Below are positions 48,591 through 58,243 of a DNA stretch of 64,000 nt, piece by piece. Position 1 is the first letter of the stretch; the number at the start of each line of letters is the position of its first letter. A program made the translations under genes and the position numbers. The stretch is taken from contig JAYRII010000001.1 of the NCBI GenBank assembly GCA_041906885.1, positions 773 to 64,772 of the forward strand. The letters run 5' to 3'. The notes beneath the pieces were generated by a model. The model was not told the DNA's origin. It saw nothing but the letters and a program-made list of their open reading frames with translations, and did no database searches. This DNA is from Candidatus Saccharimonadia bacterium (GTDB lineage: Bacteria > Patescibacteriota > Saccharimonadia > CAILAD01 > CAZGYV01).

Positions 48591-49509
48591 AATAATATTT
48601 TTTGGTAATGAATCTGTCGCCACTGGCGTGACAACTAACGCACCACTACTGAGATCTTTGATTAGCCATCACTATAATGTCTGCCTGGTGGTGATAAATA
48701 AGCACACTATCTCATCAAGACACAAACAGGAGTTGGCAATCGAGCGAGTAGCCAAAGAGTTTAAAATACCACTAGTTTCTCCAGATAAGCTCAGTGATAT
48801 TAATGACCAGATCAAATCTCTTCAACCAACTCTCGGTGTCTTAGTAGCTTACGGGCGAATTATTCCAGAAACCACTTTAAAGCTTTTTGACTGTGGCATA
48901 ATCAATATTCACCCATCCTTGCTACCAGAATACAGAGGATCTACGCCAATCGAGCATGCCATCTTGGACGGTCGAACCCAAACTGGCGTTACTGTCATGC
49001 TGGTCACGCCTGAAATGGACGCTGGTCCAATCCTAGATCAAGCTAAGCTGAGAATTCATTCAAGCTATACCAAGCAAACCTTAGCTGACAAGTTACTCTT
49101 ATTAGGTCATGACATGGTTTTAAAATTAATTCCAAAAATCCTCGCGGGGCAGTTCACTACCCATAAACAAAATAATAATGCCGCCACCTATACTAAATTA
49201 ATCTCTAAATCAGATGGCAAACTAGATGGTGAAAAAAATAGTTTGACTTTACTGCGCCAGATTAAAGCTTATGCCGGTTGGCCAGGTAGCTACTTGGACT
49301 ACAAGGGCTCTGTCGTCAATGTACTTGAGGCCAATCAATCTAATCTCAATGTTCAGTCAGGTCAGCTGGCCAAATTAAATAAAAAACTATACTTTGGCAC
49401 GCGTGATGGTGCTATAGAGATAACTCTACTCAAGCCTGCTAGTAAGTCGGTCATTTCGGCACGCGAATTTATCAACGGACACCAAGAATTACCAATAGTA
49501 AAAAGTTAG
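48565..49509 (+). CDS. fmt: Methionyl-tRNA formyltransferase
   Basis: NIHPSLLPEYRG, MDAGPI. Confidence 0.95.
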   Translation: MNQNPKQPKIIFFGNESVATGVTTNAPLLRSLISHHYNVCLVVINKHTISSRHKQELAIERVAKEFKIPLVSPDKLSDINDQIKSLQPTLGVLVAYGRIIPETTLKLFDCGIINIHPSLLPEYRGSTPIEHAILDGRTQTGVTVMLVTPEMDAGPILDQAKLRIHSSYTKQTLADKLLLLGHDMVLKLIPKILAGQFTTHKQNNNAATYTKLISKSDGKLDGEKNSLTLLRQIKAYAGWPGSYLDYKGSVVNVLEANQSNLNVQSGQLAKLNKKLYFGTRDGAIEITLLKPASKSVISAREFINGHQELPIVKS

Positions 49510-49515
49510 TCTATC

Positions 49516-49890
49516 TTATTTTTCTACTAAATAAGGTTTTAGTTTTTCCACGACTTGGCTCGGTGTTAGATCTGTCTTGATAATATAATCTCGAGCGCCT
49601 AACTCCTTAGCTTCATTAACAGTCGATGGATTATATATATTTGTCAGTATAATTACTGGCAAATCAGGTATAATCGCTTGCTTATTAAGAGCCTTTAAAA
49701 CATCAATTCCTCCAACATTTGGCATCATCAAATCAAGCAAGATTAAGTCCGGCTTAAAAGTCTGTAATTTATCAAGAGCCATCGTGCCGTCAACCGCCTC
49801 TACGACAGTGAAGCCCGATTTAGCTAGCTTGAGTTGGTACATGTTGCGAATAAAATCATTATCCTCAACAAGTAAGACTGTTTTACTCAT
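49516..49890 (-). CDS. Stand-alone receiver-domain response regulator
   Basis: LVEDN, LLDLMMP, ILT, YIIK. Confidence 0.92.
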   Translation of the reverse strand: MSKTVLLVEDNDFIRNMYQLKLAKSGFTVVEAVDGTMALDKLQTFKPDLILLDLMMPNVGGIDVLKALNKQAIIPDLPVIILTNIYNPSTVNEAKELGARDYIIKTDLTPSQVVEKLKPYLVEK

Positions 49891-49933
49891 TGCCTATACT
49901 ATATAAGCAACCCTCTACGACGTCAAATAAAAG

Positions 49934-50263
49934 CTATTTCTCTATATCACCAATTAGCCGATTCATATTATCAGCATACTCAGCAGAGGTATCAAAATAA
50001 AACTCAAGTTTGGGTGAAAATTTAGTAGTGCTGGTACTGGCAATACTGCGACTAAAATTTTTCCTCATATTAAGTACATCAGCCGTGGCTTTTTTAGCAC
50101 TTCGACCATAGACACTTAGCCAAATACTGGCGTGTTTTAGATCTGGGCTCATTTGTACCGCGGTAATTGTAATGGTGGTGCCAGGATAACAGATATCTTC
50201 ATGAATTATCTTGGCGATTGATTTATGAATGACCGATGCGACTTTGTCAATCCGAAGCGACAC
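49934..50263 (-). CDS. rbfA: Ribosome-binding factor A
   Basis: TITAVQMSPDL, PKLEFYFD; GTG start right after the infB stop. Confidence 0.9.
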   Translation of the reverse strand: MSLRIDKVASVIHKSIAKIIHEDICYPGTTITITAVQMSPDLKHASIWLSVYGRSAKKATADVLNMRKNFSRSIASTSTTKFSPKLEFYFDTSAEYADNMNRLIGDIEK

Positions 50264-50264
50264 C

Positions 50265-52034
50265 TTAAAGTTTCCTGGCCTTTTTATTGAGTGTGTAAAA
50301 AATAAGTGAGTCACCAATTTTAATTTCATCACGAGTAGCGATCGATAAGCCACACTGCTCGCCTTCAATAACTTCAGTGGCCGATTGCTTTTCTTTTTGT
50401 AGGTTGGTTAACTTGCCGTTGCCAACCAGCTTTCCATCCCGCTCTATTTTAACTTCCAGATTAGGAGTGATTTTGCCGCTCTTAACCACGCCACCCGTGA
50501 CAATCTGTTGCTTTGTAACCTTAAAAATACCCAAAATTTCTAGATGAGCCTCTTCGGTCTCGATTATTTCCGGCTCAAGCAGGCTAGACAGCCAATCGCG
50601 CACATCATCGAGTAATTCATAAATGATTTTATACAAACGAAACTCAACGCCGGCTCGCTTAGCCAACTGATTAACCGCTGCTTTGATGCTAACATTAAAG
50701 CCGAGAATAAGTGCATTACCAGCAGCTGCTGAATTGATATCATTTTCGGATATATCGCCAATACCTGAAGAAATTATCTTAACTCGAACCTCGTCGTTGC
50801 CAATCGATTCTAGACTTTCGGTCAGAGACTCAAGCGAACCCTGGACATCAGCTTTTACTATCACGACAAGCTCTTTGACCTGGCCGTCAATCACTGCTCG
50901 CGCTATATCTTGTGCACTAATATTTTTGACACTGGTAAGACTTTTAAAGCTTTCTTTGCGTGATTGACGATCGCTCCATGCCTTAGCAATTTTTTCACTG
51001 GCCACGATTTCAAACCAATCTCCGAAGTTAGGTACAGACTTTAGTCCGGAAACGACTGCTGGCATACCTGGAGTAGCTTGCTTAATTTTATGACCACGAT
51101 AGTCCTCTAGGCTACGAATTTTACCAATCGCATTACCAGCTACGATATTGTCATTAATTTTGAGAGTACCTTTTTGGACCAAAACGGTCACAACCGGCCC
51201 ACGACCGATTTCTTTATGGGATTCAATGATCACACCACTGGCCAACCCCTCTGTCGCTGCCTTTGGCTCTAAGATGTCTGCCACCAAGAGAACAACATCA
51301 AGTAACTTATCAATGCCCTCTTTGCTTTTAGCAGACACCGGTACACAAGGCACATCGCCACCCCAATCATCTGGCACTAGACCCTGTTCGGATAATTCCT
51401 GCTTGACGCGGTTTTCATCGGCTTCTGGCTTGTCGATCTTATTGATTGCTACCACGATATTTACATTAGCAGCTTTAGCATGTGCAATGGCTTCTTTGGT
51501 TTGTGGCTTCACACCATCATCAGCCGCTATTACAATTACAGCAATATCAGTCATCTTAGCACCATGCGCCCGAATAGCACCAAAAGCCTCATGTCCGGGG
51601 GTGTCCAAAAAGGTAATTTTTCGATCATTCTTTGTCACTTGATAAGCACCGATGTGCTGAGTAATTCCGCCTGCTTCACCACCGGCCACATCGCTCTGGC
51701 GAATAGCATCAAGTAACGATGTCTTACCATGGTCAACATGCCCCATAACCGCCACAATTGGCGGACGAAGTTTCTCTTCGATGGTGCTGGCAGCTTCCCC
51801 TAAGCCACGGTTAGGCCTTTCTTCGATCTCCTTTGGTGCCGGTTCAATATTGTAGCCCAGTTCACTACCAATAATCACCGCTGTATCAAAATCAATCTGT
51901 TCGTTGACTGTTGCCATAACGCCATTCTTCATGAGCTCGCCAATCACCTTTGCGACACCAACGTCCAAAATTTGAGCAAAATCTCCAACCGAGATAACAT
52001 TGGCTATTTTGACTGTTTTACCTTCTTCTGTCAT
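50265..52034 (-). CDS. infB: Translation initiation factor IF-2
   Basis: GHVDHGKT, DTPGH, NKID, KADVQGS. Confidence 0.98.
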   Translation of the reverse strand: MTEEGKTVKIANVISVGDFAQILDVGVAKVIGELMKNGVMATVNEQIDFDTAVIIGSELGYNIEPAPKEIEERPNRGLGEAASTIEEKLRPPIVAVMGHVDHGKTSLLDAIRQSDVAGGEAGGITQHIGAYQVTKNDRKITFLDTPGHEAFGAIRAHGAKMTDIAVIVIAADDGVKPQTKEAIAHAKAANVNIVVAINKIDKPEADENRVKQELSEQGLVPDDWGGDVPCVPVSAKSKEGIDKLLDVVLLVADILEPKAATEGLASGVIIESHKEIGRGPVVTVLVQKGTLKINDNIVAGNAIGKIRSLEDYRGHKIKQATPGMPAVVSGLKSVPNFGDWFEIVASEKIAKAWSDRQSRKESFKSLTSVKNISAQDIARAVIDGQVKELVVIVKADVQGSLESLTESLESIGNDEVRVKIISSGIGDISENDINSAAAGNALILGFNVSIKAAVNQLAKRAGVEFRLYKIIYELLDDVRDWLSSLLEPEIIETEEAHLEILGIFKVTKQQIVTGGVVKSGKITPNLEVKIERDGKLVGNGKLTNLQKEKQSATEVIEGEQCGLSIATRDEIKIGDSLIFYTLNKKARKL

Positions 52035-52255
52035 TTCACTACCCTTCTACTTTTTGTCCGCGGTTTAATATATTGATCTATCTTGACACTACAGCTACTG
52101 CGGCAGGAATATACACCCCGACCCGGCATAGTCTGTTTCTTGTCCAGGCGTAATTGATTTTCAACAATAACCCAGCGTTCCAACTCCCATTTAGGTAGTT
52201 TATTGCGACAGACTCGACAGCTTCGCTCTGGTGTATGGGCTGTCCGCGTCCGCAA
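52031..52255 (-). CDS. ylxR: YlxR/RnpM (DUF448) protein
   Basis: PERSCRVCR, GRGVY.C; upstream of infB. Confidence 0.85.
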   Translation of the reverse strand: MRTRTAHTPERSCRVCRNKLPKWELERWVIVENQLRLDKKQTMPGRGVYSCRSSCSVKIDQYIKPRTKSRRVVK

Positions 52256-52257
52256 GA

Positions 52258-53397
52258 CTACGACTCCTTTTCGGATTTTTCTTCGGTTTTTGCTTCTTCT
52301 TTGCCTTCAACGCTACTTGTCGACTTGGTATCATCTTTTTCTTTTAAGCTGAGGGACAACTTGTGCTGCGCTGAATCAATTGCGATAACTCTGAATTTCT
52401 TCGTTTCGCCAACTTTTACTAAATTCGACGGATCGGCTACATGCTCATCGGATAGCTCCGAGATATGGACCAATGCCTCAATAGTGGGTGTAACCTGAAC
52501 AAATGCACCAAATGGCGTAATTCGAGTAATTTTGCCATCAATCTTGTCGCCGACTTTGTAGCTTTTGATCTCTTTAGCCCATGGATCTTCAATCAGTTGC
52601 TTAATCGAGAGCGACAGCTTATCTTGATCAATCGCTATTACTAGGGCTTTAATTTCCTGACCAACTTTGACATATTTACTAGGATTGTCCACTCTATCCC
52701 AAGCTATTTCAGAGATGTGAACCAGACCCTCGATGCCATCGACGTTCACAAATATACCAAAATCAACTACGCCTGTGACTATACCGTCCACCTTATCACC
52801 AACTTTTAATCCGGCCAATTTACCCTCTGTAAACTCCCGTTGAGCTTCTTTCTCAGACACAATGAGCTTGTTTTCAAGACGATTAAGGTCCAAAATCCGA
52901 ACCATCAATGTGCGTCCAACCAAACTATTGAGCCGGTGTAGTATTTCGTCCTTATCAGCTCCAGTTACCCGCGGATAATTCTCTGCCGACAATTGAGAGA
53001 CTGGCAAAAATCCTCGAATGCCCTCGACCTCTATCAAGAGGCCACCTTTATTGGCGTCAAAGGGAACTATCCCAAAGACATCACCATTTTTGGACCGCTC
53101 TTCTAAAACTTCCCAGCCTTTTTCTTTGGCGACTTTTTTCAAGCTTAAAACGGCATAACCTTCCGGTGCTTCTGGCTCAAGCACCGATGCACTAACCACA
53201 TCACCAATCTGCAAGCCACCAGCTGAGTGCTCGATCTCCTTACCCACCACCAAGCCAGTACCAAATACGCCCAAATCAAGCCATATTTCATGCTTTTCAA
53301 CGGTTATTACATTACCTTCAACGACATCACCGACAGCCAGTCCATTGACTTGAGAATGAGCCAAAAGATCAGCCATAGAAATATCTTGCTTTGTCAT
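52258..53397 (-). CDS. rpsA: 30S ribosomal protein S1 (four S1 domains)
   Basis: NKGGL, FGIFV..EGLVHISE, FGAFV. Confidence 0.93.
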   Translation of the reverse strand: MTKQDISMADLLAHSQVNGLAVGDVVEGNVITVEKHEIWLDLGVFGTGLVVGKEIEHSAGGLQIGDVVSASVLEPEAPEGYAVLSLKKVAKEKGWEVLEERSKNGDVFGIVPFDANKGGLLIEVEGIRGFLPVSQLSAENYPRVTGADKDEILHRLNSLVGRTLMVRILDLNRLENKLIVSEKEAQREFTEGKLAGLKVGDKVDGIVTGVVDFGIFVNVDGIEGLVHISEIAWDRVDNPSKYVKVGQEIKALVIAIDQDKLSLSIKQLIEDPWAKEIKSYKVGDKIDGKITRITPFGAFVQVTPTIEALVHISELSDEHVADPSNLVKVGETKKFRVIAIDSAQHKLSLSLKEKDDTKSTSSVEGKEEAKTEEKSEKES

Positions 53398-53598
53398 TTA
53401 AATTATTATCCCTTCTGCTGTGCTAAAAGTATTTCAAATCTCAAAAAATCTGAAGTAACTTTTGCTGTATTACTGCCATTCCAAATGGCTGCAACTTTAA
53501 AAGCATAACCAAACGAAATGGAGTTATAAAACTGGTAGTAATCATATCTTATTTATAGATATTTGTAAAGACTGCAGTATAGCCGATCAGTATGAAAT

Positions 53599-53988
53599 TT
53601 ATGCCTTTAAATAGCAGCCACGAAGGTCTGATTTGAGTTTTCTATTGTACTGATAGAGCACAACAATCGCAGCCAAAGGAATAATATATAAAGCCTCACC
53701 ACCAGTCTGCGGGACTTTCGAACCTGAAGTGCTGGTAGCAGGAGTATTCTGCGGCTGCGATACTGGCGTACTGGCGGGCTTAACTGTTGATGTGGGTTGA
53801 GTCGAAGGCACTGTGGTTGGTGTTACCGTTACCTTTGGTGTCGGCGCCGGACTACTAATTCTCTGTTGTGCCTTTTCTTTGTCTTCGATTTGCTTCTGGC
53901 GCTGATTATTGCCATAGGCAAAAGTGGCTATAATAACAGCAATTATCGACAAGGCGATCAGAATGTACCTTATAAGTGGATTTCTCAA
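53599..53988 (-). CDS. Pro/Thr-rich surface protein with LPxTG-like (VPQTG) motif
   Basis: N-terminal hydrophobic helix, P/T/S linker, VPQTG + hydrophobic stretch + basic tail. Confidence 0.7.
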   Translation of the reverse strand: MRNPLIRYILIALSIIAVIIATFAYGNNQRQKQIEDKEKAQQRISSPAPTPKVTVTPTTVPSTQPTSTVKPASTPVSQPQNTPATSTSGSKVPQTGGEALYIIPLAAIVVLYQYNRKLKSDLRGCYLKA

Positions 53989-54269
53989 GACGATCTACCC
54001 CCTTGGTCTTTTAGTAAATAGCTGAATTTCATTGTAATTGGAAGCTTACCTAATCTGCAAGCATTAGCCTAATAATAAATCATTTGTATATTGACATTAT
54101 TATCTATACATGATAATATAGTATTTATATATATGATTAAAAGAGGGTGGCAGGCAAGAGCGAATTGCTTTGATCGTGGCTATTTAACCCCCTCTAAGGC
54201 AATTCACTCTTTTTTGTTTTTATAGTGATATAATGACTTTCAAACTACTTTTTACGATATAATACACTT

Positions 54270-55100
54270 ATGTTTATCGGTATTGACATAGGTGGATCAA
54301 AAGTACGAGTAGCCTCATCCAGAACTGGTCACAAAATCGACCATAGTGTTCGATTTGCCACACCAGCCAATCAACGTCGAGTGCTGCCGCTGATTATAAA
54401 AGCCGTCGAAAATATTCTTGGCAAAAGCGATATCGATGCTATCGGTGTAGCGTCTCCAGGACCAATTGATAAGGCTCGAGGAAAAATTCTTTCCCCTATC
54501 AATCTGACTTGGCACAATCTAGAGATCTGCAAATCACTTAAAAAACACTTTAGGTGCCCAACCATTCTCGAACATGATGCTACTTGTGGTGGAATTGCCG
54601 AGTCCAGGCTTGGTGCTGGCAAAAAGTATCATGCCGTCTTGTACGTGACAGTCTCAACCGGCATCGGCACCAGCTTGGTGATAGATGGTAAGCCGATTAA
54701 AAGCCGCCACAACTTAGAAGGTGGTAAGATCGTTATTGATCCATCTTATTTACACACTGAAGGCATATTAGGCACATTTGAAAATGTCGTCAGCGGACAG
54801 GCCATTAAACGTCGTTATGGCAAGATTGCGGCCGAGATTAGTAGCCCAGAAGATTGGTCGATCATCGCTCACGACCTAGCGATCGGCTTATTTAATCTAA
54901 TCGCCACCACCAGCCCTGATGTCGTGATTCTAGCTGGCGGAGTGGCAGTTCATTACAAAAAATTTATCAAACCACTCGAACGTGAACTGTCTCAGCTAAA
55001 ACCAATCTACCAATATCCAATCCCAAAGATATTAAAGGCCACTAACGTTGAAACGGCGCCAGTACTAGGTGCAATTATGCTAGCTAGCGATCAAGCATAA
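54270..55100 (+). CDS. ROK family sugar kinase
   Basis: GIDIGGS, SPGP, EHDA, STGIG, GGV. Confidence 0.92.
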   Translation: MFIGIDIGGSKVRVASSRTGHKIDHSVRFATPANQRRVLPLIIKAVENILGKSDIDAIGVASPGPIDKARGKILSPINLTWHNLEICKSLKKHFRCPTILEHDATCGGIAESRLGAGKKYHAVLYVTVSTGIGTSLVIDGKPIKSRHNLEGGKIVIDPSYLHTEGILGTFENVVSGQAIKRRYGKIAAEISSPEDWSIIAHDLAIGLFNLIATTSPDVVILAGGVAVHYKKFIKPLERELSQLKPIYQYPIPKILKATNVETAPVLGAIMLASDQA

Positions 55101-55162
55101 ATAGACTTGGAAAGTAATCAAGATTAGATTATACTTATCCTATCACTGGAGGGTGGTACAAC

Positions 55163-55606
55163 TTGGATATTATTCGCTCATTTGACGAGCTAACTTTCTT
55201 GCCCAGCGGCTATTTTGCCTATGATGCCGCTTCAGAAACTATTAATTATGATCCCGATGAACTCAATCAAGCATTGGGTCGCTTATCGCTAGTGCACGAG
55301 ATCAGCCACGCAGTCCTCAACCACTTCAATTACAGCTATGACATTGAGCTACTCTTAATGGAAATCGAGGCCTGGTATAAAACACGTGAATTGTGCGAAA
55401 AAATTGGGCTAGAAGTTAATGAAGACTATATCACAGACTGTATCGAGAGCTATGACACTTGGCTTACGGCTCGCTCGACTTGTCCAAAATGTAGTAATTT
55501 TTGCTTCCAAGAAGCTCCGAACCAATTTCGATGCTTTCTGTGCGGCTGTCAGTGGAAGGTCAACGATCGTAAGGATTGTCGAGTTGTCCGTACTATTGTT
55601 AACTAA
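55163..55606 (+). CDS. HExxH metallopeptidase-like protein with C-terminal Zn ribbon
   Basis: HEISH, E.EAW, CPKC..CFLC; GGAGG SD before TTG. Confidence 0.7.
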   Translation: MDIIRSFDELTFLPSGYFAYDAASETINYDPDELNQALGRLSLVHEISHAVLNHFNYSYDIELLLMEIEAWYKTRELCEKIGLEVNEDYITDCIESYDTWLTARSTCPKCSNFCFQEAPNQFRCFLCGCQWKVNDRKDCRVVRTIVN

Positions 55607-55701
55607 TTACTCCTCAAGATATCCAAAAACTCCACCAGGGAGCTCTTGTCGATCTCTTCTAAATGGAGTTTTGGAGAAATATTTTAAAGTTTTTATTGGG
55701 T

Positions 55702-55893
55702 TTAAGCGGCTTTTTTACGGCTTGCCTTACCACCCTTGCGACCTGCTTCGCGAGCAAGCTCTGGGTTGGCGGCAAAACCACCACCGCGGCTTTTCTTGCC
55801 GCCGGCAGCACCAATCTTGACGTAGAATTCCTTGCCGTATCGTGCCTTGTTTGTGTTTGCGGCCTTACGGCCTCCTCGTACTGTTCCTGCCAT
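55702..55893 (-). CDS. KGG-repeat general stress protein
   Basis: FY.KIG..GG, GFAANPELAREAGRKGG; AAGGAG SD. Confidence 0.88.
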   Translation of the reverse strand: MAGTVRGGRKAANTNKARYGKEFYVKIGAAGGKKSRGGGFAANPELAREAGRKGGKASRKKAA

Positions 55894-56143
55894 AATAGAC
55901 TCCTTCCTTTTTAATAAAAGCGGAGTATAAACTTGTTGCCTTTAACCCTCCAATAGCCAAAGTTTATAACTCGGTATTGGTATTACGCTTATACTTTATC
56001 AGCTTATGCTTTTTTTGTCAATATTTTTCTTGTAGTTAGTTTCAACAACTAACCTGGTTAAATAATAAAGCTTATGTCTGAGAATAAGCTTAAAAAGTTA
56101 TGCTTATTGTTATAAAATCAATTATTTGGGCTATAATATGACC

Positions 56144-56383
56144 ATGACCGCTCGGCAGCGTACTCGTAAAATATTCATTACTATAGTTGGCTTTACCGTC
56201 CTATTAATTGGTGTGGCACTTTTAGTGCTACCTGGACCTGGTATTCCACTATTAATTGTCGGCTTAGGACTTCTAGCGGCTGAGTACGAATGGGCCCAGC
56301 GACACCTCGATCGCGCTAATCACCACTACAATAAGCATAAGCAACGAATATTAGATAGCTATAACGACCGGAAGAAACGCTAA
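56144..56383 (+). CDS. PGPGW-family membrane protein
   Basis: LVLPGPG..L...GL.LLAAEYEWA; leaderless start. Confidence 0.85.
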   Translation: MTARQRTRKIFITIVGFTVLLIGVALLVLPGPGIPLLIVGLGLLAAEYEWAQRHLDRANHHYNKHKQRILDSYNDRKKR

Positions 56384-56414
56384 AAACAAAAGCCTTCTAT
56401 GCTTGCTCTGAAGC

Positions 56415-57337
56415 TTATTCAGCGTTTTCCAGATTATCTGCTCCACTCTCAGGCTCTACAAGGCCAATCGAGCGTTTGAATTCTTCAAATTCTACCCTGC
56501 GCTGATCATTCAAAGCTTGTTTAACATCAAGACCACGATTAATGACCTGGCAAGCCGTTTCTAGATATTCTGCCCTAGCTATGAAGCAATCGGTACGCAG
56601 CTTTTGAAGTTCATCTGTCGAAATACCTAAATCAAATTCGTTGGCCAAGTTGCTTGCAAGGCTGTCAATCGATCTATATTGAGAGTACGTATATTCTTCT
56701 GGCCAATTATCCATAAATCTCTCTATTGATGCGACATTGGCTCTCACACTAGATGAATCCCGCGAATCTAAAGCACTTTCAAGCCGCCCTAAAACCCTTT
56801 TGATGCTTTTTATACTGTTTCCCGTAGATTTGATCCTCTGCTCTTCCCTGAGACACCCATGAGCACTACTACAGTCCTTTGGCAACTCCACATTCTTTGC
56901 TCGTGCTTCCTGCAATGCCACCGCCCAGTTCCGAATTATTTCCTGAACGTGCTGTTCTTTCTGTATTTCCCTAGTACGATCTACTATTACTGAACCGGCA
57001 CCTTGCCTCTCCGCGTAGCCTTATGAAATCGTAAGCCTTCAACTTTGTCTTGCGATTGCCTATAGGCTAGTGGCAATTCCGTGGCAGCACCAGCATCTAT
57101 AGCGTGATGTTTTTTATAATCATAATAGTCTCTTAGCTCTTCTGCCGGCCTATACGACAGGTTGCCTTCTTCGTCGCGCGGCACTACCAGCTCGCGATCA
57201 TCGATCGGGGTCGTATGGTTCACTGCGTCGCCTTGACTCGGCACATCATTATCACTTAATGGTTGCAAATCCGGTGTTTGTGGCTGAAATTGCTCTGGTG
57301 ACGCGTGACTTTGACTATCTTGATGTTCTTCGGGCAT
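56415..57337 (-). pseudogene. Hypothetical gene apparently split by a 1-nt frameshift near 57020 (track ORFs 56987..57337 and 56415..56921)
   Basis: Downstream frame is open back to 57020 with no start codon and overlaps the end of the upstream ORF. Confidence 0.5.
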
Positions 57338-57454
57338 TTTATATTTCCTTATCGCTTACGTTTATATCATTTTCTAATAAGAGCAAAAAAAAAAGCAAAT
57401 GTGGAGGGCTAAAAATGCAAAAATCTACTTACTTTTACTTAAGTAACCATATAT

Positions 57455-57855
57455 TAATTCTTACTACCTTTTCACGCAAAAGGTAGCACCAAAAGCATGA
57501 GCCTCTATTTCGCAAACAAGTGGGTCTTATGAACTGTTATTTCACTACCAGACGAGAACTCACTCGCCTTCGGCTCACTCAAGCAGCTCGCCTGGGTTAG
57601 CTCTAAACGAGCTAACCGTTCATAACAAATCCATAATCCCGGCTTGTTGCTCCAGGCTCGAGAAAATCCTTACCCCCCTGCGCCACCAGAAAAACAGAAA
57701 GCTAAAGTATGATTTTGGGTGATGAAGAAATACAGCTTTGTACGATAGTGAGTCTGTATTTCCACCTCAAAATCATACTTTGGCGGCTCTAGTTTTGAAC
57801 CCTAGACGCGAGAAGTCTTTTGCTACTTTTGGATTATTCAATAGTAGAGATAAAG
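57455..57855. repeat. Large structured non-coding element
   Basis: Several inverted repeats, incl. AAAGTATGATTTTG 57704/CAAAATCATACTTT 57781; CTACYTTT..AAARGTAG motifs shared with 6325-6395. Confidence 0.6.
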
Positions 57856-57859
57856 AAGA

Positions 57860-58088
57860 GATCCTGAATCAAGTTCAGGATGACGGGGGGTAAGAGGTCC
57901 TTCGACTACGCTCAGGCTGACGAGGGGTATGGGAATAGATCCTTCGACTGTCGCTTGAGGATGACAGTTGGTATGTTGTCATTCTGATCCGGCGGTTGCC
58001 GGAGAAGAATCTAGTTCAAGACGACAGAGAGAAGGTGGTTCAGAATGACGACGGGGGCGAGAGGCTCTTCGACTGCGCTCAGGGTGAC
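57860..58088. repeat. Array of about 6 REP-like palindromes ending (C)AGGATGAC
   Basis: Units at 57860, 57896, 57938, 57978 (inverted), 58037, 58063; short purine-rich linkers. Confidence 0.85.
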
Positions 58089-58097
58089 AAGGAAACT

Positions 58098-58127
58098 AAA
58101 AAAGACCCCTACATGAGGAGTCTTTTT
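58098..58127 (-). terminator. rRNA operon terminator
   Basis: AAAAAGACTCCT..AGGGGTCTTTTTT after 5S. Confidence 0.8.
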
Positions 58128-58132
58128 CATTA

Positions 58133-58243
58133 ATCCGGCACTGTGCTACTTTCCCGGGGTTACCAGTATCATCGCCGCTGGCAAGCTTAACTGCTGTGTT
58201 CGGCATGGGAACAGGTGTTGCCTTGCCGCCAAAAGCACCGGCT
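58133..58243 (-). rRNA. rrf: 5S rRNA
   Basis: CACCTGTTCCCATGCCGAACACAG..GTTAAGC; terminal helix CCGGTGC/GTGCCGG. Confidence 0.95.

Noticed and set aside
310-55914. Many 60-165 aa ORFs antisense or out of frame within identified genes
   Set aside because: Shadow ORFs of well-supported genes, with no motifs or start signals
57860-58088. CRISPR array
   Set aside because: Repeats are degenerate, vary in length, include an inverted unit and have only about 11-16 nt low-complexity linkers; no cas genes in the window
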